From Chitinivibrionales bacterium (lineage in GTDB: Bacteria > Fibrobacterota > Chitinivibrionia > Chitinivibrionales > WJKA01), in assembly GCA_038247415.1 (NCBI GenBank), contig JBBRUX010000049.1, positions 1 to 28,719 of the forward strand: DNA of 28,719 nucleotides, read 5' to 3'. Position numbers and translations under genes: made by a program. Positions 16,790 to 25,085 of the stretch are shown here, piece after piece (the stretch's first letter is position 1; each line of letters opens with the position of its first letter). Under the pieces are notes generated by a model that saw only the letters and a program-made list of their open reading frames with translations, did not search any database and had not been told where the DNA came from.

Positions 16790-18717
16790 TGTGCGGTATT
16801 GCGGGCATTATTAATCGTAATCAATCTCCCGTAGAAATCTCCTCACTTCTGCGTATGGCAGATACTATTCGCCATCGCGGGCCCGATGACAGCGGAACCT
16901 TCGCAGGGCAGGGCTTTGGGTCATCGCCTTTACATATAGGATTAGCGCATCGACGACTTTCTATTATCGATTTGTCGGCTTTGGGCAGGCAGCCCATGGC
17001 CAATGAGGATAAGAGTGTTTTCATAACCTTTAATGGTGAAATTTATAACTATGCAGCGCTGCGTAAGGATCTTGTGGTTGCAGGACACCAGTTTACTTCA
17101 CAAACAGACACCGAAGTTCTAGTGCATGGCTACGAAGAGTATGGTGTAGGTATTTTTGATCGCATCAGTGGCATGTTCGCTTTAGCAATTGCAGACCTTA
17201 ATCGCAATGAGGTTATTCTTGCGCGCGACCCTTATGGGAAAAAGCCGCTTTATTATTATGAGTCGGCGAATACTGTTGTGTTTGGGTCCGAGGCTAAAGC
17301 CATTCTTGCGAAGGGAGAAGTGCCTGGTGCACTTGATGTCATGAGCATGGTTCGATATCTCTCATTTGAATATGTCCCTGCACCCTATTCGATTTTTAAG
17401 CATATCCAAAAACTTCCTGCAGGCTCATATATGCGCATTACTGCGCAGGGAAGTACCATTACAAAATACTGGGATGTCGGATTTTCTTGCAGAGATACCT
17501 CTGTGGACTATGAAAACGAAGAAGCAGTCGCTCTGCATCTGGTAACCCTGCTACGGTCTTCTATTGTAAAGAGACTCATGGCCGATGTCCCCGTGGGGGT
17601 TTTTTTGTCGGGCGGGATAGATTCCAGTGCTTGTGTTGCATTGCTCGCTGGTGAAATGGATACGCGCAATATCAAGACGTTTTCTATTGGTTTTGAAGAT
17701 GCAACGTTTGATGAATCGCAGTTTGCCAATCTTGTTGCCACACAGTATGGCACGCAACATCATCATAAAATCTTTACAGCTTCCCAGATGCTCGATATGT
17801 TACCTTTTGTCCAAAATATCCTCGACGAACCGTTTGCCGATGCATCGGTACTTCCAACTGCTCTATTATGTCAATTTACACGACAAAATGTAACGGTTGC
17901 AATTGGAGGGGATGGCGGAGACGAACTCTTTGCAGGATACGACCCTTTTATCGCACATGCCATTGCAAACAAGCTTGCATGGATGCCGCGGTCGCTCAAG
18001 AGTCTTTTAAGCGCGTGCGCTGGTTTATTGCCCGTATCGCACGCAAACATGAGTTTGGATTTTAAGATTAAGCAATTCCTTAAAGGCCTAACCTATCCTA
18101 TGGCGATTCGTAATCAGGTGTGGCTTGGTGCATTTCCCGCGCACACACTGTCGCAGATTGTATCGCCAGAAGTTTTGGCACACACTCAAAAAAATAATGT
18201 CTACGAAGATCTTTCAACGCGTGCGCCATCCGAACGCGATTGGGTAGATTCTCTCGTGTATCAATATTGCAGGCACTATCTGGCCGAAGACATCCTCACA
18301 AAAGTTGATCGCGCTTCTATGGCATTTTCTCTTGAGGTGCGTACTCCTTTCTTGGACAAGGATTTGTCGAATTTTGTTCATTCGCTCCCATCGCACTACA
18401 AACTTCGCGGACTAACGAGGAAATATATTCTTAAAAAGAGTTTGCGGAAGCTTCTTCCCGATTCGATACTCTACCGCAAAAAAAAAGGTTTTGGTATCCC
18501 GCTTTCGTCATGGATTCGCACGTCACTTCGGCCGGAGCTCGAAGAGACACTTTCCTCAACAAATATTGCCAAGGCCGGACTCTTTAATCCAAAAACAATA
18601 CGACGGCTGCTCGATGAACATTATGCAGGTACCCATGATAATCGCAAACAAATTTGGACACTTTTCATGTTTGAGCGATGGCGCCAGCGTTTTTGCGCAA
18701 GCGCATCGGTTGGTTAG
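16789..18717 (+). CDS. asnB: Asparagine synthase (glutamine-hydrolysing) family amidotransferase
   Basis: N-terminal MCGIAG, HRGPD, HRRLSIID, FNGEIYN, TDTEV, LSGGIDSS, GDGGDELFAGY, KVDRASMAFSLEVRTPFLD, KKGF; TAATG coupling to the GT2 gene. Confidence 0.93.
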   Translation: MCGIAGIINRNQSPVEISSLLRMADTIRHRGPDDSGTFAGQGFGSSPLHIGLAHRRLSIIDLSALGRQPMANEDKSVFITFNGEIYNYAALRKDLVVAGHQFTSQTDTEVLVHGYEEYGVGIFDRISGMFALAIADLNRNEVILARDPYGKKPLYYYESANTVVFGSEAKAILAKGEVPGALDVMSMVRYLSFEYVPAPYSIFKHIQKLPAGSYMRITAQGSTITKYWDVGFSCRDTSVDYENEEAVALHLVTLLRSSIVKRLMADVPVGVFLSGGIDSSACVALLAGEMDTRNIKTFSIGFEDATFDESQFANLVATQYGTQHHHKIFTASQMLDMLPFVQNILDEPFADASVLPTALLCQFTRQNVTVAIGGDGGDELFAGYDPFIAHAIANKLAWMPRSLKSLLSACAGLLPVSHANMSLDFKIKQFLKGLTYPMAIRNQVWLGAFPAHTLSQIVSPEVLAHTQKNNVYEDLSTRAPSERDWVDSLVYQYCRHYLAEDILTKVDRASMAFSLEVRTPFLDKDLSNFVHSLPSHYKLRGLTRKYILKKSLRKLLPDSILYRKKKGFGIPLSSWIRTSLRPELEETLSSTNIAKAGLFNPKTIRRLLDEHYAGTHDNRKQIWTLFMFERWRQRFCASASVG

Positions 18718-18737
18718 AGCGGTATAATTCAATAAAT

Positions 18738-18754
18738 TGCACAAAAATCGTGCA
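18738..18754. promoter_or_regulatory. Dyad TGCAC-N7-GTGCA, a candidate NtrC/Fis-type regulator box
   Basis: TGCACAAAAATCGTGCA in the 72-bp gap, 35 nt upstream of the ABC-GGDEF gene. Same half-sites and spacing as the NtrC consensus TGCACCA-N3-TGGTGCA. Confidence 0.4.
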
Positions 18755-18789
18755 CCATCGAACGATTTCCATATATTTTCTAAGGTATT

Positions 18790-20130
18790 ATGTTAATCAT
18801 CGAACACCTCAAAAAGCGTTTTGGCCAGCAAGTCGTTCTCGACGATATTAATGTTGAAGTTCATAAAGGCGAAATACTCTGCATTATTGGCCAGTCGGGT
18901 GGCGGCAAAAGCGTTATTCTTCGTCATATAATTGGGCTTATTTTGCCCGATGGAGGGCGCATCACCTTTAATGGTGAAGAAATCTGTTCTCCAACCACAA
19001 AGCCCCAAGAGCTCATTAGAACCAGACATCATTTTGGGATGCTGTTTCAACAGTCGGCACTGTTCGACTCAAAAACTGTGGGCGAGAATATCTGTTTCCC
19101 GCTTCGTGAACGCACTACGCTATCCGAGCACGAGATTTATGCAACCATGGTTGACGCTCTGGAAAAAGTCGGCCTTCAGGAAGCATTTCAACACAAAATG
19201 CCCTCGGAACTTTCGGGTGGTATGAAAAGCCGCGTTGGGTTAGCACGAGCTCTGGTTATGAAACCTGCTGTTATGCTCTACGACGAACCAACCTCAGCAC
19301 TCGATCCCATCATGACCGATAAAATAAACGATCTTATCTTGTCATTGCGCGATAAGCTTTCTATGACATCAATCGTAGTAACACACGATATGGCCTCGGC
19401 GTATAAAATTGCCGATCAAATTGCGATGCTTTACGAAGGAAAAGTTATTTTTTATGGCACCCCTGCCGAAATTCGCGCTTCACGAAATCCGTATATTCAG
19501 CAATTTATTCGAGGTCAGCGAAAATTGCATTATGCTGTAGAAGACGAAAATACGTACTTAAAGCAATTTAATGTTACCGAAATTCGACAAAAGCTTATGT
19601 CTGATCGGCGATTGGGAATAACACATGCAGCTGCTCCTGCTACTCTCGATGCCGATACGGGCTTGCCTTTACGTGAGCCTTTTTATGCTGCATGTGTCGA
19701 TGAACTTAAAAATGCTGCAGCGGGGGGATACACTGTTGCGCTTGTACTGTGCCGCATTGGCTCACTTGATGGGCTTAAGCTCACGCTGGGCGATGACTTT
19801 TGTAAAAAAATTATAGCTGAGGTTGGTAGACGATTTTTAACTACGATTCGGGGCAACGATCTAGCAGCCCGATTCGATTCGGATACCATTGCACTTATGT
19901 TAACCAAGGTAGATGGTGAAACAATTGTACGCGGTGTAGATCGTATGCGCTCCGAATCATGCGAACAGCCGTTTACATCTCCAGCAGGGCAGGATCTATC
20001 ACTGATAATTTCGTGTGGGGTTGCCATATCAGGAAAGCACGGCGCTACTGCAGAGGTGCTTATAGAAAATGCAACGTCGGCACTCGATCGTGCGAGTGCA
20101 CATGATGGTGGAAAAACAGTTTCTGCGTAA
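18790..20130 (+). CDS. MlaF/Mkl-type ABC ATPase fused to a degenerate GGDEF domain
   Basis: Walker A GQSGGGKS, GMLFQQSALFDSKTVGENICFPLRE, SELSGGMKSRVGLARAL, YDEPTSALDPI, VVTHDM, NPYIQQF. The C-terminal ~160 aa read DADTGLPLR...IRGNDLAARFDSDTI...SCGVA...ALDRA. Confidence 0.88.
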   Translation: MLIIEHLKKRFGQQVVLDDINVEVHKGEILCIIGQSGGGKSVILRHIIGLILPDGGRITFNGEEICSPTTKPQELIRTRHHFGMLFQQSALFDSKTVGENICFPLRERTTLSEHEIYATMVDALEKVGLQEAFQHKMPSELSGGMKSRVGLARALVMKPAVMLYDEPTSALDPIMTDKINDLILSLRDKLSMTSIVVTHDMASAYKIADQIAMLYEGKVIFYGTPAEIRASRNPYIQQFIRGQRKLHYAVEDENTYLKQFNVTEIRQKLMSDRRLGITHAAAPATLDADTGLPLREPFYAACVDELKNAAAGGYTVALVLCRIGSLDGLKLTLGDDFCKKIIAEVGRRFLTTIRGNDLAARFDSDTIALMLTKVDGETIVRGVDRMRSESCEQPFTSPAGQDLSLIISCGVAISGKHGATAEVLIENATSALDRASAHDGGKTVSA

Positions 20131-20151
20131 CTATACATAAAAGGAAAATAT

Positions 20152-20865
20152 ATGGCTCCACGTACCCCGCGAGACCGTTTGGCTTTAGCGCTTGATAATA
20201 GCGACACTATTGAATCTGTTGCCACAATGGTTGCGCAAACATCAGAATTTATTGGCGTATATAAAATAGGCTTAGAGCTCTTTGTTAAATTTGGGCCAGC
20301 CATTATTGACGTTGTGAGAAAGTCGGACTCAAAAATTTTCCTCGATCTTAAATTTCATGATATTCCTAATACCGTTGCACAGGCAGTAACGGCTGCGTGC
20401 GGGTATTCGGTTGATTACCTCACCATTCATACGCAGGGCGGAAAAGCCATGATGGAAGCAGCGCAAAAAGCCGCACAGGCAAGCGCCCATCCTCCTAGTG
20501 TGCTTGGGGTTACTATTCTTACCTCTCTTTCTCAGCAAGCGCTTGACCAAGAGCTACGCGTTTGCCTCGATGTATCGAGCATGGTCAAGCATCTTGCAAC
20601 GCTCGCAATGAAGAGTGGTTTGGGCGGAATTGTCTGTTCGGCAGCAGATTTACCGCATGTTCGGCCAGTGCTTCCTGCATCATGTACAATAGTAACTCCC
20701 GGAATACGCCTTCCAGAAAATGAGGTCAATGATCAGCAACGAATTGCTACGCCTGGGGATGCAATTAACAATGGTGCAACACTTCTTGTTATTGGCAGGC
20801 CCATTACGCAGGCCGCTCATCCTGCAAAGGCTGCGGAACAATTTTTGCGTGCAGTCGAAAACTAA
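20152..20865 (+). CDS. pyrF: Orotidine-5'-phosphate decarboxylase
   Basis: KIGLELF, FLDLKFHDIPNTV, GVTILTS, VTPGIR, DQQRIATP, VIGRPI; AAAGGA SD. Confidence 0.97.
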   Translation: MAPRTPRDRLALALDNSDTIESVATMVAQTSEFIGVYKIGLELFVKFGPAIIDVVRKSDSKIFLDLKFHDIPNTVAQAVTAACGYSVDYLTIHTQGGKAMMEAAQKAAQASAHPPSVLGVTILTSLSQQALDQELRVCLDVSSMVKHLATLAMKSGLGGIVCSAADLPHVRPVLPASCTIVTPGIRLPENEVNDQQRIATPGDAINNGATLLVIGRPITQAAHPAKAAEQFLRAVEN

Positions 20866-20918
20866 CATTCGCGCACTTTGTTGACACTCTCTGCATTGTA
20901 AGGAATCATAGCCAACTC

Positions 20919-22124
20919 ATGAGTCCATCTGTACGCACATCCGCGGGATCTTTCCTATACTTTCTTCTTGTCGCAGCACTTTCTGGAGTCATAGGCAATA
21001 TCATTGGATTTCTCATGCCAGTGTATCTTAAAGAAATTGGCTTTTCGGGCCTGCAAATTGGTTTGTTCTTTGGCTTGTCGGGTGCGGCTAATGTTTTACT
21101 TGCTTTGCCTATGGGAATATCCACCGATAGGCTTTCCATTGTGGGCATTCTTGTTGCGAGTGCAATTGTTTTGGCTTTTTCACGTTTTGGTCTTGTCCTG
21201 TCGCATAATTTCTGGATCGTATCCGGGTTTGCTTTTACCAGCAGTTTCGGCTTGCGGCTGTATAATACCGCTATGTCAACGCTCTTTTTTAAGATGAGTG
21301 GCAGGGATAATGGTCACAAAACTGGAATTTACCAAATTGTAAGTTTTGCCTCGATGGCATTAGGCATGATGCTTGGGGGCGTACTTATAGACACCGTTCA
21401 TTACGAGATGGTCTTTTTGATAACAGCCATTGGGAACCTGGTTCTGATCGCTTTCTTTTATGGTATGCCAAAAAACGAAACTGTTGTCATATCTATGCAG
21501 GAATATCGGGCGGCTGTTCTTAATAAGCCAGTTCTTTTTTTTACTGCAATTCTCTTTTTGTTTTCGCTGCATTGGGGCGCAGAAGCAGTTGCCTATGGGC
21601 CGTTCCTGACACAGGTATTGCATCTTTCCCCAACACAATCGGGCTGGTATACCGGGGGAGGATTTTTATTTATTGGTAGTGGCACGTACCTCGGTTTTGT
21701 TGCGTATAGTAAAGGAATACTCAAAAATATTCGCATGATCTTGATAGTTGGCTTTTTATTGAGTGGAAGTACTCACATTGCCATGACCATACCAGATCCT
21801 CTTTGGTCCTTTTGTTTTCGGGCACTTCATGAATTTGGCGATGGGATGTATTTGCTTGCATTTTATCATGGTTTGGCAAAGCTTTTTAATCTCGACAAGA
21901 TTGGCGGGTGTTCAGCTTTTATTTCTTTATGGCAAGGGGTTGCAGCGCTCTGCGGATCGATTATTTTTGGAATAATGGTGAGCCGCGTTAGTCCAGCCTG
22001 GCCCTTAATAATTTCGGGGATTATAACGCTTATGCTTCCTATTTTACTTTTATGGAGCGCAACCTTTGGACTCAAGCAATCTTCATCGGTTGCATCAATG
22101 CTCGATAATAACGCTTCTTCCTAA
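20919..22124 (+). CDS. Major facilitator superfamily transporter
   Basis: 401 aa with about 12 hydrophobic segments; PVYLKEIGFSGLQIGL and motif-A-like PMGISTDRLS. Confidence 0.85.
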   Translation: MSPSVRTSAGSFLYFLLVAALSGVIGNIIGFLMPVYLKEIGFSGLQIGLFFGLSGAANVLLALPMGISTDRLSIVGILVASAIVLAFSRFGLVLSHNFWIVSGFAFTSSFGLRLYNTAMSTLFFKMSGRDNGHKTGIYQIVSFASMALGMMLGGVLIDTVHYEMVFLITAIGNLVLIAFFYGMPKNETVVISMQEYRAAVLNKPVLFFTAILFLFSLHWGAEAVAYGPFLTQVLHLSPTQSGWYTGGGFLFIGSGTYLGFVAYSKGILKNIRMILIVGFLLSGSTHIAMTIPDPLWSFCFRALHEFGDGMYLLAFYHGLAKLFNLDKIGGCSAFISLWQGVAALCGSIIFGIMVSRVSPAWPLIISGIITLMLPILLLWSATFGLKQSSSVASMLDNNASS

Positions 22125-22145
22125 TGTGAAATTATACAGAAATGG

Positions 22146-25085
22146 ATGGCTATGCATACACTTTCCTTGTGCATTGTAACAGCTTCAACACCCCAGCAGG
22201 CAGCACTTTTTACAACCCTTATTCGTGACCGTCAAAAAAATGGGCTGTACCCGCGCGAAATAGATTTTCGTGTATATTCAGACCCAGAAAAAGGACGCGT
22301 GGGCAGTGGTGGGGGAACATTTCTTGCATTAACGCAGGTGTGTGCCGATTATGGCGTGATAGATCCGCTCTCTTTTTTTGAAGATACGAGAATTCTTATT
22401 ATTCATGCAGGGGGCGAAAGTCGTCGTTTGCCCTGTTATGTTCCCGAAGGAAAATTGTTTGCCCCGCTACCGATGCCTTCTAGTAGCCTTTTCCCGCCTG
22501 TAGTTCTCGATGCACAGCTCGCCTTGTTTCTTAAATTTCCTTTTAGAAAAGGTGAGGTTGTCGTAAGTTCGGGAGATGTGGTTATCGATTTTGATGTGAG
22601 CTGCGTACCAATAAATCGAGGGGATGTGTGTGGTTTTGCAAAGCCGGCAACGTACGTTCAAGGTTCCCGGCATGGGGTTTTTGCGTTTGATACTGCACGA
22701 AAGAAAGTAGTCGATTTTTATCAGAAAGCCACACCGCACTTCTTGGCCAAACACGCCGCAATAGAAGGGCTTTCTGAGTGTGCGCTCGATATGGGAATAA
22801 TTGCTTTGTCACCTGCAGCAGCCGTAGCCTATTGCACGCTTTCCTATGCACACGAATCCAAAAATTCCCTCCGAAACGATATTGAACAAGGATCACTCAA
22901 TTTTGATATCTATCTCGAAGTTCTTACTGCCTGTTTAGCTCATATAACCGAAGAGGAGTATATAAAGCGAATTGCACCGTCAAGCAAGCTTAGTAAGTCC
23001 GCACAACAATCAATATATAAATCCTTTCATCAATTTACACTTAATGGTATTGTTACGCGGTCAACATCATTTTTACATTTTGGGGCTCTTGCCGAACTCT
23101 ACGAATCGGGGAATTCTTTACAACACAAAGACATTAAACCTTTTTATGTTACTGGTAATTCCGAAGTGCTTCCTGCAAGCGCACCCCATGTTTTGCTGTA
23201 TGGATGCAGAAATACCATAGTTTCTAATAACCCCGCTGCGCCAATTGTTGCGGAAGGATGTGATGGTTTTACGTGTATATCTGCACTCGGCAATAATGTT
23301 TTTGTTGGTGTTACCGAGCTTGAGATTACTACCCCTATTCCTTTAGGAATCTGTCTTGACGAAAGAGTTGTTACGGGAAAAAAAATCAGACTTGTGTATT
23401 CAATGCAGGATACGTTTAAAAAACAAGATAGTGTTGCTTTGGTAATGTTTTGTGGCATTCCCCTTACTGCGTGGTGTAACGATAGAGGTATCGAACTAAC
23501 GCATGTGTATCCGCATGGCCAGGAATCCGATTTATATGAAGCAGAACTCTTTGCACCCGAACTTTCAGATGCTTTGTTAACTGGTTACTGGGCAATTCCC
23601 TTAGATAAAGAATCCTGGAAACAGGCTTTTTGTAAAGCCGTGCGCCATTCACTGGCGTCACTCAATGCTCTTGATAGCGCGCAAGCCCGCGAAGAACGCA
23701 GAAAAAAGATCAGGGCTCATATCATTGCCGATCAAATGTGCGAGGGGAAAGGTTTTACTCATATATGCGCATCCGATTTTGGTGCCGTTGCGGTGGCGTA
23801 CCCCCGTATGCTTGACGCTGCAGTAAAACTGAGGACTGGCACAGATGACCCACTTCTTAAAGAGTATCGACACGCACTTTTAGATGCACTAAGCGCCACT
23901 TCCGTGCGGGGTGAAGCACCTACCGGATTTTCTATCGATTATGTCTCCCAAGAAGTCCGAAAATTTCCAGCGGTGTCAATTAAGGAAGATCAAATTGTAT
24001 GGGCGCGATCTCCGGTTCGCCTTGATATTGCTGGCGGCTGGTCAGATACGCCTCCGTATACGCTTCGCTTTGGGGGACAAGTTGTTAATGTAGCAGTTAA
24101 CCTTAATGGGCAACCACCTATTCAGGTGTTTTGTCGAAGAACAACAGAGTATCACATTAGAATACACTCTATTGATATTGGTGTAAGCGAAACCATTACG
24201 CAATCGGAAAAGCTTCTCGATTACACCGATCCTACATCACCGTTTGGCTTGCCTAAGGCCGCATTGGCGCTTCTTTTTGGTCAAGTGCTTGCAACAGGAG
24301 TGTCGCTTGAATCGGTCCTTAGGCAATGTGGAAGTGGTATCGAAATTACTCTTTTGTGTGCGGTTCCAAAAGGATCTGGCCTCGGGACATCATCTATCCT
24401 TGGTGCAACCATTTTGGGGGCATTACATCGATTTTTTGGCATGAGCGGAACTCTCGATGATTTGTTTTTAGAAGTTTTACAAATGGAACAAATGTTGACA
24501 ACAGGTGGGGGATGGCAGGATCAAATTGGGGGTGTTGTTGGAGGCGTAAAGTTTATTAAAAGCCAAGAAGGACTTCGGCCTTCCCCCATTATACATCAGT
24601 GTGATTCGTTTCTTTTCGATGCCCCCGAAATGGCTTCGCGGTTTACATTGTTCTATACAGGAATAACACGTCTTGCAAAAAACATTTTGCAGGAGGTTGT
24701 ACATAATGTCAATTGCAGTACGCCAGCATACCTGTATACCATAAATCAGACGCGAGAACTTGCTAAAGCCGCATGGGATGCCATGGCATTGCGAAGCCAG
24801 GATGCTCTTGCAAACATACTGTGTCGCTCATGGGAGGCTAATTGTCGCATTCATGCAAGTACGTCAAATCCTCAGATCGATGCTATGCTAAAAGCTTTAC
24901 GACCCTGGTATCAGGGGGTGAAACTTTTAGGTGCGGGGGGAGGCGGGTATGTTTTGTTTTTGTCTAAAACAACCGACGATGCGAGCGAATTAAGGAAACT
25001 TTTGGTGCAAAATTACGAAAATAGCAAAGCTCGCATTGTAGAATTTAATCTTAACAAAAAAGGTCTCGAAGTTACCGTCTCCTAG
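22146..25085 (+). CDS. fkp: Bifunctional L-fucokinase / GDP-L-fucose pyrophosphorylase
   Basis: N-terminal SDP...RVGSGGGT, IHAGGESRRLPCY..EGKLF, HGVF, FLHFG; C-terminal GHMP kinase DQIVWARSPVRLDIAGGWSDTPPY, VPKGSGLGTSSIL, EQMLTTGGGWQDQ, KLLGAGGGGY. Confidence 0.9.
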   Translation: MAMHTLSLCIVTASTPQQAALFTTLIRDRQKNGLYPREIDFRVYSDPEKGRVGSGGGTFLALTQVCADYGVIDPLSFFEDTRILIIHAGGESRRLPCYVPEGKLFAPLPMPSSSLFPPVVLDAQLALFLKFPFRKGEVVVSSGDVVIDFDVSCVPINRGDVCGFAKPATYVQGSRHGVFAFDTARKKVVDFYQKATPHFLAKHAAIEGLSECALDMGIIALSPAAAVAYCTLSYAHESKNSLRNDIEQGSLNFDIYLEVLTACLAHITEEEYIKRIAPSSKLSKSAQQSIYKSFHQFTLNGIVTRSTSFLHFGALAELYESGNSLQHKDIKPFYVTGNSEVLPASAPHVLLYGCRNTIVSNNPAAPIVAEGCDGFTCISALGNNVFVGVTELEITTPIPLGICLDERVVTGKKIRLVYSMQDTFKKQDSVALVMFCGIPLTAWCNDRGIELTHVYPHGQESDLYEAELFAPELSDALLTGYWAIPLDKESWKQAFCKAVRHSLASLNALDSAQAREERRKKIRAHIIADQMCEGKGFTHICASDFGAVAVAYPRMLDAAVKLRTGTDDPLLKEYRHALLDALSATSVRGEAPTGFSIDYVSQEVRKFPAVSIKEDQIVWARSPVRLDIAGGWSDTPPYTLRFGGQVVNVAVNLNGQPPIQVFCRRTTEYHIRIHSIDIGVSETITQSEKLLDYTDPTSPFGLPKAALALLFGQVLATGVSLESVLRQCGSGIEITLLCAVPKGSGLGTSSILGATILGALHRFFGMSGTLDDLFLEVLQMEQMLTTGGGWQDQIGGVVGGVKFIKSQEGLRPSPIIHQCDSFLFDAPEMASRFTLFYTGITRLAKNILQEVVHNVNCSTPAYLYTINQTRELAKAAWDAMALRSQDALANILCRSWEANCRIHASTSNPQIDAMLKALRPWYQGVKLLGAGGGGYVLFLSKTTDDASELRKLLVQNYENSKARIVEFNLNKKGLEVTVS

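Noticed and set aside
19645..20130. Active diguanylate cyclase
   Set aside because: GG(D/E)EF is replaced by DSDTI and the metal-binding and guanine-binding residues are degenerate.
20881..20910. Perfect TTGACA upstream of the MFS gene
   Set aside because: No convincing -10 element at 16-18 bp spacing.
13653..25085. The whole plus-strand run as one dedicated glycosylation or RiPP system (small ORF, cyclase, AsnB-like enzyme, transporters)
   Set aside because: It is interrupted by housekeeping pyrF and mscL. There is no lasso B protein or peptidase, AsnB keeps a full glutaminase domain, and the small ORF is better explained as a remnant.
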